Part shown: in pieces, positions 12,001 through 18,812 of the stretch
Layout: each line of letters starts with the position of its first letter
How positions within the stretch are numbered: position 1 is the first letter of the stretch
From: an uncultured Verrucomicrobiae bacterium
GTDB lineage: Bacteria; Verrucomicrobiota; Verrucomicrobiia; Limisphaerales; UBA11358
Length of the DNA: 64,000 nt
Direction of reading: 5' to 3'
Assembly: GCA_963804345.1 (NCBI GenBank)
Contig: CAWDPX010000017.1
Location: 30,673 to 94,672, forward strand
The notes under the pieces: generated by a model
Told to the model about the DNA's origin: nothing
Database searches by the model: none
The model's input: only the letters and a program-made list of their open reading frames with translations
Program-made: the position numbers and the translations under genes

Positions 12001-13408
12001 GCCTTCGACGGCGACGAACGTCGTGGTGCAGGATACCTTGCCGGCGAATGTCACGTTCCAGACCGCGTCCGGCGGTTACAGTTTAAGCAACAATCTCGTG
12101 ACGTGGCCGCTGACGTCCCTGGCCAAAGGCGCCTCGACTACGTTCACCGTGACCGTGACCGCGCCGGCGAGCGGCTCGTTTGTCAATATCGCTTCGACCG
12201 TTTCCGGCACGCCGGACCCGAACCCGACGAACAACAACGGCACCGCGTCCGGATCACGGGTCAGCACGTCGGTGGTGCCGGTGGCGGACGTGCAGGTCTT
12301 TTTGTATGGACCGACCAACGTGACGCTGGGCGACGCATTCTTCTACACGGTGGTGGTGACCAACGCCGGGCCTTCGCCGGCGGTGAACACGCTGGCGCGG
12401 GATTTCCTGCCGACAAACCTGGTGTTTACCAGCGCGTCGGGCGGCGGCGTGTATTCCAATGGCATCGTGACCTGGCCGGTCCTCGCGTCGCTGGCCAGCG
12501 GCCAGGCAACCAATCTGATTGTGAATGTCGCGCCGTCGGTCGCCGGTTCGACGAACCTGCTGTCGTTCCCGACCAATCGTCCGTTCAATTTCATCGAGAC
12601 GAACATGACATTCTTTGCGGGCATCCTGACGAACATCGCGTCAGCCTACGCGACGACGTATGATCCGAATCTGTCAAACAACAACGGCACATTGCCAACG
12701 GAACAGGTGCAGACCGTCATCACGCCCGGCGTGTTCAGCGTCGTCGTTGCTACGAACACGTATCCGACCAACACTGTCCTCACCAACACCATCATCGCCA
12801 TCGGGCCGGACTTGTTTGTTGTCGGCACCAGCGCGTTCAACCCGCAGACCGGGCTCTACGAGGAAACCGTGACGGTGACGAACATCGGAACGACCGTGGT
12901 GCATGCGCTGCGGCTGTATGTCGGCGGGCTGCGCAGCGGAGTGACTCTGTACAACGCCACCGGCACCAACAATGGCGTGCCTTATGTGGAATATGATCCG
13001 CCCTATAGCACGCCGCTGTATCCGTTCCCGGCGTTCACGAACGACAACAGTGTCACTTTCGTGCTGGAATTCTTCGTGGCAGACCGGCGGCCCTTCACAA
13101 ACTCGTTGTGGGCTGTGGCGATTGTTCCGTCGCCGACCTCGGTGACCAACGGCACGCCGGTGTTCATCAGCCAGATATTCATCGATTGGCGTGACGCGGG
13201 CCAGAGTCGTTTCGTGATCGGATTTGACAGCATTCCGGGCCGGACGTACACGATCGAATACAGTTCCGACCTGGTGACGTGGAGTATTGCCGTGCCGTCC
13301 ATCGTTGCCAGCGCGAACGTGACTCAATGGTATGACGACGGCCCACCCAAGACCGTCAGCAAACCAATGTCCGTGGGCTACCGGTTTTACCGGGTCATCC
13401 AACAGTGA
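2..13408 (+). CDS. Giant surface/adhesin-like protein, 5'-truncated by the window edge: DUF2341-like + LamG, SdrD-B-like, Ig-like (Big_9) and many DUF11-like domains, plus a C-terminal sorting-like domain
   Basis: The 4457-aa ORF is open back to base 2 (NTSSNTAQAIAV) with no signal peptide, so the true start lies upstream. It has a LamG motif (WTHVVMV..LYVNG..GLIDEFRVS), DUF11-type units (YTISVTNFGPS..VVVTDTLP) and ends RFYRVIQQ. Confidence 0.9.
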   Translation, partial: NTSSNTAQAIAVTVVDLTHGDLQTITLTETGTNTGVFRNITGLPTSGTSGLAQQDGILNVTPGDILSVSYADPNFGDSATNTAAILIPSPNKQLYLSVNGSTNGVQDLNRYDPVAYGHNPTHTSADIGNTGAWPYRQLININHTNVFTTDQTNFPVMINLASNTGLKNHALANGNDIFFTANDGITVLPYEREKYTSSSGALVAWVNVPIVSHTADTVIYMYYGNPAAPDQQSDHNVWDSNYKIVYHLGDAGPTTAVDSTANGNNGTATGATFGAAGEIGSATSYSNGNTTPVNFIGAASAPGIGSNQSFSFEMWIKVTGTYVNQASTAASSGTWFLDRTVVANALVSLMPVGTGQFGFQTRYDDGTGLGGPSGGTVSANWTHVVMVRNYNAAFLLYVNGAQVGTTADTGNKALTPSPPKLGRHQSFTSNTPGLNGLIDEFRVSSIARSAGWIQTEYTNQASPATFYSIGTETTNFTASVTTFAQTPSFCSAFTMPSNSLITITNYVTVTNGVMPASPAVTATLQYNGTNIITLSNPTYTAANSNLVWNGVLSSNFTIPAGQAISYVITNSQSGVSFHVDYDSTNKPSKITLPTTTVIQVNSFSIYDAPYPNGNLVTTPVAGSTIYVRANVSDPFGSYDITSLGLAVTGPNPAASFSTNLNDANLVASDTCSKTYEFRWITGPTTGSYSLAATANEGTEGVSAVATAGIFTYFLDLGTPSTTIFISGTTGMPTNSYPAGSNACISVTALDSITNAQTLQTINVTVTSSAGDSENLTLYETSTNTGIYTGCIGTSTSGPGATNDGTLYAPIGSILTASYTDPNNSSYSSSATATIQPAPGVPGVLMNKTIQSPPGGQAVAGQAVTFNLQAVNIGSTTLPGLSITDSFPSTKLSYSSASLAPNNIATGLLTWTNLGAFAPGQSTNITVTFTASTAGVVTNSATANGVSITNSSSVSLLVNNPALSVTKILLSPTNTPVAVGSNVVFRITVQNVGNTVVNYLPLEDTFSGAYYQFISATIAPNGSGAGSLIWTNLASPTALATNAIITNDITMQVVGQGNPANNTATVDYAADVFSNAIPAVSSTIGVNTASASINGLVYNDINQSGVFTNGDTGLSGVTLQLFTDPNGDGNPADGALVQVTTTDDNGYYELLNLNTGHYVVVETDLPGYANSVPANGRLTLNITNLVAFTNANFFQYIPAPAVYSTINGMVWYDANGNGTNNVGETNLANIEIDLVQDVNSNGVADSGEPVTARVTTDANGNYSFAGITPGHYVIRQTLPYGYYTTGDSQGRTDNQLTFVSTNGIVSTNNSFFDRLSPTAVNDTNSALYFVPVTIYPLTNDINPNSDTLTITSTTSSNGIVVINPGSTNITFTPTNTGTAIIAYTISDNHGGTSSAIISINVTQLADVAIGKTGPAGVLASSDLVYTISVTNFGPSPANFVVVTDTLPATVTFVSASGNGVNTSGVVSWSLGTLASGQVSNLTVTVTVPASGTLTNVATASSPTGDPNSTNNVTAPVITTVTPVADVGIGKVGSASVLASSDLVYTISVTNFGPSSASSVVVTDTLPLGVTFVSASGNGVNTSGVVSWSLGTLANGQVSNVTVTVTVPASGTLTNVATVSSPTGDPNSTNNVTAPVITTVTPVADVGIGKVGSASVLASSDLVYTISVTNFGPSSASSVVVTDTLPLGVTFVSASGNGVNTSGVVSWSLGTLANGQVSNLTVTVTVPASGTLTNVATVSSPTGDPNSTNNVTVPVITTVTPVADLGLGKTAAASVLASSNLVYTISVTNFGPSSASGVVVTDALPLGMTFVSASGNGVNTSGVVSWSLGTLASGQVSNLTVTVTVPASGTLTNVATASSPTADPNSTNNVTAPVITTVTPVADVGIGKVGSASVLASSDLVYTISVTNFGPSSASSVVVTDTLPLGVTFVSASGGGANNSGVVNWSLGTLTSGQVSNVTVTVTTPASGTLTNTASVSSPTGDPNSTNNVTPPVITTVTPVADVGIGKVGSASVLASSDLVYTISVTNFGPSSASSVVVTDALPLGMTFVSASGNGVNTSGVVSWSLGTLASGQVSNLTVTVTVPASGTLTNTASVSSPTGDPNSTNNVTVPVITTVTPVADLGLGKTAAASVLASSNLVYTISVTNFGPSSASSVTVTDTLPAGVSFVSASGNGVNTSGVVSWSLGTLASGQVSNLTVTVTAPASGTLTNVATVSSPTGDPNSTNNVTVPVITTVTPVADVGIGKVGSASVLASSNLVYTISVTNFGPSSASSVTVTDTLPAGVSFVSASGNGVNTSGVVSWSLGTLANGQVSNVTVTVTVPASGTLTNVATVSSPTGDPNSTNNVTVPVITTVTPVADVGIGKVGSASVLASSNLVYTISVTNFGPSSASGVVVTDALPLGMTFVSASGNGVNTSGVVSWSLGTLANGQVSNVTVTVTVPASGTLTNVATASSPTGDPNSTNNVTAPVITTVTPVADLGLGKTAAASVLASSDLVYTISVTNFGPSSASSVVVTDTLPLGVTFVSASGNGVNTSGVVSWSLGTLGSGQVSNVTVTVTTPASGTLTNTASVSSPTGDPNSTNNVTPPVITTVTPVADVGLGKTGSASVLATSDLVYTISVTNFGPSSASSVVVTDTLPAGVSFVSASGGGANNSGVVSWSLGTLANGQVSNVTVTVTTPASGTLTNTASVSSPTGDPNSTNNVTVPVITTVTPVADVGIGKVGSASVLASSNLVYTISVTNFGPSSASGVVVTDTLPATMTFVSASGNGVNTSGVVSWSLGTLANGQVSNVTVTVTVPASGTLTNVATVSSPTGDPNSTNNVTPPVITTVTPVADVGLGKTGSASVLASSDLVYTISVTNFGPSSASSVTVTDTLPAGVSFVSASGNGVNTSGVVSWSLGTLANGQVSNLTVTVTAPASGTLTNVATVSSPTGDPNSTNNVTVPVITTVTPVADVGIGKVGSASVLASSNLVYTISVTNFGPSSASGVVVTDTLPATVTFVSASGNGVNTSGVVSWSLGTLANGQVSNVTVTVTVPASGTLTNVATVSSPTGDPNSTNNVTAPVITTVTPVADVGIGKVGSASVLASSNLVYTISVTNFGPSSASSVTVTDTLPATVTFVSASGNGVNTSGVVSWSLGTLGSGQVSNVTVTVTTPASGTLTNTASVSSPTGDPNSTNNVTPPVITTVTPVADVGLGKTGSASVLATSDLVYTISVTNFGPSSASSVVVTDTLPAGVSFVSASGGGANNSGVVSWSLGTLANGQVSNVTVTVTTPASGTLTNTASVSSPTGDPNSTNNVTVPVITTVTPVADVGIGKVGSASVLASSNLVYTISVTNFGPSSASGVVVTDTLPATVTFVSASGGGANNSGVVSWSLGTLANGQVSNVTVTVTTPASGTLTNTASVSSPTGDPNSTNNVTVPVITTVTPVADVGIGKVGSASVLASSNLVYTISVTNFGPSSASGVVVTDTLPATVTFVSASGGGANNSGVVSWSLGTLANGQVSNVTVTVMVPASGTLTNVATVSSPTGDPNSTNNVTVPVITTVTPVADVSVSKHGPVGITFGTNFSYSISVTNFGPSTASSVTVTDSLPVGLVFVSSVPVTTTNASNQVVWSLGNLAVGATTNLTLNVMSILRGTVTNLATGASPVFDPVTTNNVSQPVITAITNIPPAANPDSYAMAENMTNTFSPLLNDLVQTPGGSLTIISVNPTNGTAFIVGGTNVLFTPHINFIGTATIGYTISDNVGGTNASLITVTVTNRPPIANGQSVTTTANTPLAILLTGNDPNGLPLTFVIVSGPVNGSLSLLNTNTGAVTYTPNTNYSGSDSFTFRVNDGQANSATATVSLTILPTADVTVFKTGPASGVVGSNMTYTITVANNGPATAANVALFDQLPAGFTLVSATPATVAVSNNLVSWPGFNLIKNATSNFTVTVVSADGGSYTNIAFSTANTLDPNPTNNNGTATNSQAITAVTALADVAVFKTGSTNIQPGGTLTYTITATNAGPSTATNVVVQDTLPANVTFQTASGGYSLSNNLVTWPLTSLAKGASTTFTVTVTAPASGSFVNIASTVSGTPDPNPTNNNGTASGSRVSTSVVPVADVQVFLYGPTNVTLGDAFFYTVVVTNAGPSPAVNTLARDFLPTNLVFTSASGGGVYSNGIVTWPVLASLASGQATNLIVNVAPSVAGSTNLLSFPTNRPFNFIETNMTFFAGILTNIASAYATTYDPNLSNNNGTLPTEQVQTVITPGVFSVVVATNTYPTNTVLTNTIIAIGPDLFVVGTSAFNPQTGLYEETVTVTNIGTTVVHALRLYVGGLRSGVTLYNATGTNNGVPYVEYDPPYSTPLYPFPAFTNDNSVTFVLEFFVADRRPFTNSLWAVAIVPSPTSVTNGTPVFISQIFIDWRDAGQSRFVIGFDSIPGRTYTIEYSSDLVTWSIAVPSIVASANVTQWYDDGPPKTVSKPMSVGYRFYRVIQQ
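4211..10636 (+). repeat. Tandem array of 18 near-identical 357-bp (119-aa) coding repeats, plus a diverged 19th unit from 10637
   Basis: Unit starts (AD[V/L]..GK) recur every 357 bp at about 4211, 4568, 4925 ... 10280 and 10637. Confidence 0.95.
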
Positions 13409-13431
13409 ACTGATAAAACTGACATCGACCC

Positions 13432-14505
13432 ATGAACAACAATCGCAGAGCTTGGACGACGCCGGTGATCGGCTCGCTTGTGTTGGCCACGGCGGCGTCC
13501 GCTGAACAGGATTGGCAAACCAATTCCATTTCCACCAACCGCCTCTCGCTTTCGTTGCGGTTCGGGCTTAACATCTCCGGCAAATTCACAGGGGTCGGCA
13601 GATCATTCAGTTCCGGCGACCCCTTGTCCGCCGGCCGCCATACTCCGAACGGCGACGCCTACAATTACGACAACGGTTACGTGCTTACTGACAACAGCGG
13701 CAACTATGGCGGCCAGTCTTGGTATTGGGGCTACGACAACGCCAGTCAGGTCAATGCCGGCGCCAACACCATCGCTTTCAACCATACCCTGGCCACCGGT
13801 TTGCCCTCGGAAAATTCCGGTGACGATTCGCCCTACGTTGGGGCCGAGTTGACCTATGATTACGAACTCGGCGTGAAGGTGGATTGGCACCACCTGTGCT
13901 ACGGCCTCGAAGGCGCGGTCAACTTCCTGCCCGTTGAATTCAACAGCGGCGGTCGCTACAACGCCACGTTGTCGCAGCGCACCGACACCTACAGCTACAC
14001 GCCTGGCACCACGCCGCCGACCGCGCCGTATCAGGGCAGCTATGGCGGCCCCGGTTTTGTTATCAACGTCCCGCCGGTCAACTCCACTACCGCACTGGTT
14101 CCCGGCGCGACGTTTCTCGCGCAACAGCATTTCGATGCGAACCTCTGGGGTTTTCGTCTCGGACCTTACGTTGAGCTGCCGGTTTCCGAACGATTGGATT
14201 TATTCCTTACCGGCGGCCTTGCCGTGGGATTGCTCGACGGTGAAGCGTCCTGGAAGGAAACCCTTACGCTGCCCGGTGGTGCCGGTTCACTTACGGCCAG
14301 TGGTGGTGGCAGTGACACCTCTCTGCTCTGGGGCTATTATCTTGGGCTGAACGCCGCGTATCAATTCACCGAACGCTGGTGCGTGGAAGCTGGCGTGCAA
14401 TTCCAAAACCTCGGCACTTATAACCACAATTTCGGCGGCCGCGAGGCCGAATTGGATTTGAGCAAGTCCCTCTTCATCCACGCCGGCATCGGCTACAGCT
14501 TTTAA
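13432..14505 (+). CDS. Putative outer-membrane beta-barrel protein
   Basis: Signal peptide (ASA-EQ), alternating amphipathic strands and a terminal aromatic motif GIGYSF. Starts 23 bp after the giant gene. Confidence 0.75.
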   Translation: MNNNRRAWTTPVIGSLVLATAASAEQDWQTNSISTNRLSLSLRFGLNISGKFTGVGRSFSSGDPLSAGRHTPNGDAYNYDNGYVLTDNSGNYGGQSWYWGYDNASQVNAGANTIAFNHTLATGLPSENSGDDSPYVGAELTYDYELGVKVDWHHLCYGLEGAVNFLPVEFNSGGRYNATLSQRTDTYSYTPGTTPPTAPYQGSYGGPGFVINVPPVNSTTALVPGATFLAQQHFDANLWGFRLGPYVELPVSERLDLFLTGGLAVGLLDGEASWKETLTLPGGAGSLTASGGGSDTSLLWGYYLGLNAAYQFTERWCVEAGVQFQNLGTYNHNFGGREAELDLSKSLFIHAGIGYSF

Positions 14506-14743
14506 TGCTTATCGCGTGGTGATTGACCGTTTCTGGCATTGCTCGCGAGCGGCGGCGCCTTGCCCGCCGGTCACCCTGAAACTTCCAGGCGGGTGACGAA
14601 TACTTACATATCGTGATTGAGCTAATCCGGAATACACAAAAATTGAGTGATAACCGGGCAGGGTTCTGCCGGATGCGCCGGAATTTTTTGTCCGCACTCT
14701 GCGCTTGCTTCGTGCCAAAAAATCAGCGTCTATTGGACTCATA

Positions 14744-17575
14744 ATGAAACAGCCTGACAAGTTTGGTTGCGCGTGTGCGATTGGCCTGACGCTTCTTTTT
14801 TCGTCAATCATCTCCGTTCCCGCCGCCGATGACGCGCTCGCGTGGCCGCCCGTCACCGCCCAGACCAGGCCGTGGGCGTTCTGGTGGTGGATGGGCAGCG
14901 CGGTGGACAAAACGAACATCACGAAGGAACTCACCCGCTACTACGCCGCCGGTCTCGGCGGCGTCCACATCATCCCGATTTACGGCGCGAAGGGCTTTGA
15001 ATCGAACTACATCAGCTATCTCTCGCCAAAATGGATGGAGATGATGGGCTGGTCGGTCGCCGAGGCGAACCGGCTTGGCATGGGGGTGGACATGACGACC
15101 GGCACCGGCTGGTGTTTCGGCGGCCCGCAGGTTTCGGATCAGGATGCGAACGCCAGCGTCGTCGTGAAAACCTACGACCTTGGCGCGGGCGAAAGACTGA
15201 AAGAAAAATTCAACCGCAAATCCATCCAGGCGCTCGTCGCCTTCGGGCCGGACGGAAAATCCATTGACCTGACCGACTCCATTTCCACCAATGGCGAAGT
15301 GGATTTCTCGCCGCCGGGCGGCAAGTGGACAATCTACGCCATCTCGCAAAAACCCTCCGGACAGAAAGTAAAACGGCCCGCGCCCGGCGGCGAAGGCTGG
15401 ATGCTCAACCTGATTTATCCGCCGGCGATGGACGATTTTCTCAAGCCGTTCACCGCCGCGTTTGTCGGTTACACCGGCCCGAAACCGCGCGCCCAGTTCC
15501 AGGATTCCTACGAGTATCGTTCCGACTGGTCGCCCAATTTTTTTGCCGAGTTTGAAAAACGGCGCGGCTACAAATTGCAGACCGAACTGCCGGCACTGTT
15601 CGGCACGAACGCCGACGACCACGCCGCGCGCGTGAAATGCGACTACCGCCAGACCGTCTCCGAAATCATGGCCGAGGAATCGCTGCCCGCGTGGACGAAA
15701 TGGTCGCACGAACACGGCTTCATCACGCGCGACCAGGCGCACGGTTCGCCTGGCAACTGGCTCGACCTTTACGCCGCCGCCGACATCCCCGAAACGGAAA
15801 TGTTTCACACCGACCGCAACAAATTGATTTCCAAATTCGCGTCGTCCGCCGCGCACGTCACCGGCAAGCCGCTCGTCAGTTCCGAGACCGGCACCTGGCT
15901 GGCGGAACATTTCACCGAGAAGCTTTCCGACGTGAAATATCTCTTCGACGACATGTTTCTGTCCGGAATCAACCACATATTTTATCACGGCTGCTGCTAT
16001 TCGCCCGACGAGGCCGGCTGGCCCGGCTGGCATTTTTACGCCTCAACGGAAATGAACCCGCGCAACTCCATCTGGCGCGACGCCGACGCCGTCAACGCCT
16101 ACGCCGCGCGCTGCCAGTCCATTTTGCAATCCGGCCAGCCGGACAACGACATTTTGCTCTACTGGAACATTTCGGATTTCTGGATGCAGCCTGGCGACAA
16201 GCTGCTGCCGCACCTCACCGTCCACGCGCGCGACTGGTTCGAGGGCCAGCCCATCGGCAAAATGGCGCAACGACTTTGGAGTGAAGGGTTCGCTTTTGAC
16301 TACGTCTCCGATGCACAACTGAAAACAGCTAAAGTTGTTGACGGAAAAATCCAGATGCCCGGCGGAAATTACAAAGTTATTGTGGTGCCATGGTGTAAAT
16401 ACATGCCGTTTGAAACCTTCACAAATTTAGTAACCCTCGAAAAAATGGGAGCAACAATCATTGTTCAAAATCCAACATGCAATGCTTCGGGCTTAGATGA
16501 TTTCAAAGAGCGAACTGATGAAATGGTGAATCTTTGGACGGACGACCTCCGTTTGGATAATCTTCGATTTGGCGGCGGAAAATTAGGTGACACAAATGCC
16601 TTTGGTTTTGCATTCAACACAAACGGCGCTGGTAAGATTATTCTACCGGAAGGCACAGTTGCAGCGTATGGATATGCACTGAACTACGTTGGAGCAGTCC
16701 AGGAGGCGATGGTGGAAAGCGGTCTGTCCTTTGTCCGCCGTTCATTCGAAGGCGGCTGCAATTATTTCATCGCCAACCGCGCTGAAGCCAATTTCGACGG
16801 CTGGATTTCTCTCGCCCGTCCTGCCAAGTCCCTTGTCATTCTTGATCCAATGACCGGCAATTCCGGCGTAGCGGCGACTCGGCAGAGCGCCGCAAACTCA
16901 ACCGAAATTCATCTGCAACTTGCCGCTGGCGAGTCCGTGATTCTCCGCGCCTTTGCCGACAAAAAAGTAGAAGGCCCGGCTTGGAATTATTGGCAGCCCC
17001 AGACGCCAGACGCCAAACCCCAGACCCTGACCGGCCCGTGGAACGTGAAATTCATCCTCGGCGGCCCGACGCTGCCGGCGGATTTTCAAACCGCCAGGCT
17101 CGCCTCGTGGACGACGTTCCCCGACACGAACACGCAAGCCTTCGCCGGCACCGCGAAATACGAGACCACGTTTGATGCGCCTCGGAGGGACGAGTTACAC
17201 GAGTCCCCAAACCAAGAATCAAAGACAGGGACTCGCGGCGCTCGTCCCTCTGATAATTTTTATCTCGATCTCGGCGACGTGCGCCAGAGCGCGCGGGTGC
17301 GCGTGAACGGCAAGGATTACGGCACACTCATCACGCCGCCGTTCCGCGTGGTCGTTGACAATCTGAAGCCGGCCGGCAACCAGCTCGAAGTGGAAGTCAC
17401 CAGCGTCGCCGCCAACCGCATCCGCGACCTGGACCGGCGCGGCGTGCCGTGGAAAAATTTCCGCGACATCAACATTGTGGACATCAATTATAAACCCTTC
17501 GACGCCTCCAACTGGCCACTCACCGATTGCGGTTTGCTTGGGCCGGTGACATTGACGGCAGTAACGGCAAAATGA
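14744..17575 (+). CDS. Secreted glycoside hydrolase, GH106 (alpha-L-rhamnosidase-like)
   Basis: Motifs RPWAFWWWMG, AGLGGVHIIPIYG, GTGWCFGGP, DSYE, DIPETE and SSETGTW, with a C-terminal sugar-binding domain (LDLGDV..ARVRVNG..GLLGPV). Confidence 0.85.
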   Translation: MKQPDKFGCACAIGLTLLFSSIISVPAADDALAWPPVTAQTRPWAFWWWMGSAVDKTNITKELTRYYAAGLGGVHIIPIYGAKGFESNYISYLSPKWMEMMGWSVAEANRLGMGVDMTTGTGWCFGGPQVSDQDANASVVVKTYDLGAGERLKEKFNRKSIQALVAFGPDGKSIDLTDSISTNGEVDFSPPGGKWTIYAISQKPSGQKVKRPAPGGEGWMLNLIYPPAMDDFLKPFTAAFVGYTGPKPRAQFQDSYEYRSDWSPNFFAEFEKRRGYKLQTELPALFGTNADDHAARVKCDYRQTVSEIMAEESLPAWTKWSHEHGFITRDQAHGSPGNWLDLYAAADIPETEMFHTDRNKLISKFASSAAHVTGKPLVSSETGTWLAEHFTEKLSDVKYLFDDMFLSGINHIFYHGCCYSPDEAGWPGWHFYASTEMNPRNSIWRDADAVNAYAARCQSILQSGQPDNDILLYWNISDFWMQPGDKLLPHLTVHARDWFEGQPIGKMAQRLWSEGFAFDYVSDAQLKTAKVVDGKIQMPGGNYKVIVVPWCKYMPFETFTNLVTLEKMGATIIVQNPTCNASGLDDFKERTDEMVNLWTDDLRLDNLRFGGGKLGDTNAFGFAFNTNGAGKIILPEGTVAAYGYALNYVGAVQEAMVESGLSFVRRSFEGGCNYFIANRAEANFDGWISLARPAKSLVILDPMTGNSGVAATRQSAANSTEIHLQLAAGESVILRAFADKKVEGPAWNYWQPQTPDAKPQTLTGPWNVKFILGGPTLPADFQTARLASWTTFPDTNTQAFAGTAKYETTFDAPRRDELHESPNQESKTGTRGARPSDNFYLDLGDVRQSARVRVNGKDYGTLITPPFRVVVDNLKPAGNQLEVEVTSVAANRIRDLDRRGVPWKNFRDINIVDINYKPFDASNWPLTDCGLLGPVTLTAVTAK
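17183..17253. repeat. Palindromic element inserted in frame in the GH106 gene
   Basis: Inverted arms GAGGGACGAG..CGAGTCCC and GGGACTCG..CTCGTCCCTC, translated as RRDELHESPNQESKTGTRGARPS. Confidence 0.85.
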
Positions 17576-17576
17576 T

Positions 17577-17867
17577 GGAGATGTGCCCGTCCTCGGGCGC
17601 GGCAACCGGCTTCATTCAACCCGAATTTCGAAGCTGGCCTGAGCGTAGCGGCGACGCCTCGTCGCAGAAAGGTGCAGGCGACGCCCTCGTCGCCAGTTGC
17701 GGCGGCGATTATGCCGCTGCCGGGAAAAATGCGACGGGGGCGTCGCTATCACCCTGTGGCGACGAGGCGTCGCCGCTACTTTCGGCTGACCGCTTCGGAG
17801 TTCGGGTTCAACTGAACATTTTCCAATCGCCCGCCTCACTTGGCTGCGGCAGGGATGGCCGCACTCC
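17577..17867. repeat. Nested REP-like composite
   Basis: Inner perfect inverted repeat GTAGCGGCGACGCCTCGTCGC (17645) / GCGACGAGGCGTCGCCGCTAC (ends 17779), inside a degenerate outer GGAG..CTCC pair. Confidence 0.8.
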
Positions 17868-17953
17868 GCCAACGCAGAAATGCGAACGTTGGCTGACTGG
17901 GAGCCATAATCAGGCGCTTTTATTCGCAGCCAGCTTTGTCCGCCCCGAATTCG

Positions 17954-18352
17954 TCATTCGTAATCGGCGAGGATTTTCAACCCTTCGGGATCGGCGATGT
18001 CCTGGCCTTGAAGGAGGACAACGTGCCGATATCCGAGGTTCCGCAAGCTGACGAGCCAGTATGTGCCGCGGTCGCGAAACTGGTCACCAATCTGCGATTC
18101 CGTGTAATTCTCAAGAATGACCACGGCGGTTTCGCTTTTGGGCAGTGCCGCGGCCCTCGCCAAAAACTTGTCGTTGGCTTCGCTCGCAGAAGCGTCCGGT
18201 CGGAGCATCCGGCAGGTCTGGTTGTCCAGGGAGTCAATGACCAATGCCGTATTGTCGTAGCTGTGAAACGTCCGCGGCGGTGTCGCGCAGGAGGTCGAGA
18301 TGATGGCCAAAGCCACAAGGGCCAGGGTGGTGCTGATGTTCAATGATTTCAT
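17954..18352 (-). CDS. Small putative lipoprotein
   Basis: Hydrophobic leader ending in a lipobox-like STS-C. Confidence 0.7.
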   Translation of the reverse strand: MKSLNISTTLALVALAIISTSCATPPRTFHSYDNTALVIDSLDNQTCRMLRPDASASEANDKFLARAAALPKSETAVVILENYTESQIGDQFRDRGTYWLVSLRNLGYRHVVLLQGQDIADPEGLKILADYE

Positions 18353-18409
18353 ATGTTCCTGTCGGTAGATGCCTCAGTTTGATTTGCCTCTTTTTACCAC
18401 CGTCTCATG

Positions 18410-18425
18410 CGCAATTGCAATGCCA
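18410..18425 (-). promoter_or_regulatory. Candidate sigma54 (-24/-12) promoter
   Basis: Minus strand TGGCAT-TGCAA-TTGCG, about 60 bp upstream of the lipoprotein start. Confidence 0.55.
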
Positions 18426-18461
18426 TTGGTTTTGGGCCGATGCAATGCGGGCGCAACCAGA

Positions 18462-18778
18462 GGGCGTGTTGCCCAAATCATTTGGAACTGGCGGAGCGCG
18501 GCTGTCCCAGCCGCAGCACGTTCGACAACTACCATAACCCTGGAATTGGGTGCGCTCATCTGGCAATCCTGGCTGCTGCGGGTGGGATACCCGCGCTCCG
18601 TTCCATTTAAGCAACACGCCCCGGACACTCCCACGGTAGCGGCGGCCATCTCTGGCTGCCGTATCGCCCTGCTTCCAACCGGGTGGCCCCATGTAAGCTG
18701 GGCCATGGCGTAGTTTCGGTTTTATGGCCCGGGCGGCAGGGATGCCGCCGGATACGGCAGGCAGGATGCTGCCGCTAC
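18462..18778. repeat. Cluster of REP-like inverted repeats, nested and adjacent
   Basis: GGGCGTGTTG/CAACACGCCC encloses GGAGCGCGG..GCAGCA/TGCTGC..CCGCGCTCC, followed by GTAGCGGC..GCCGCTAC (18636-18778). Confidence 0.8.
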
Positions 18779-18812
18779 AGATCGGTGGCAATGTCCCGGT
18801 GGTTGGGCGTTG

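Noticed and set aside
17527-18051. Short ORFs spanning intergenic palindromes (also 18369-18791, 22321-22587, 36549-36767 and 39027-39239)
   Set aside because: They are translations of repeat elements with no start context or family motifs.
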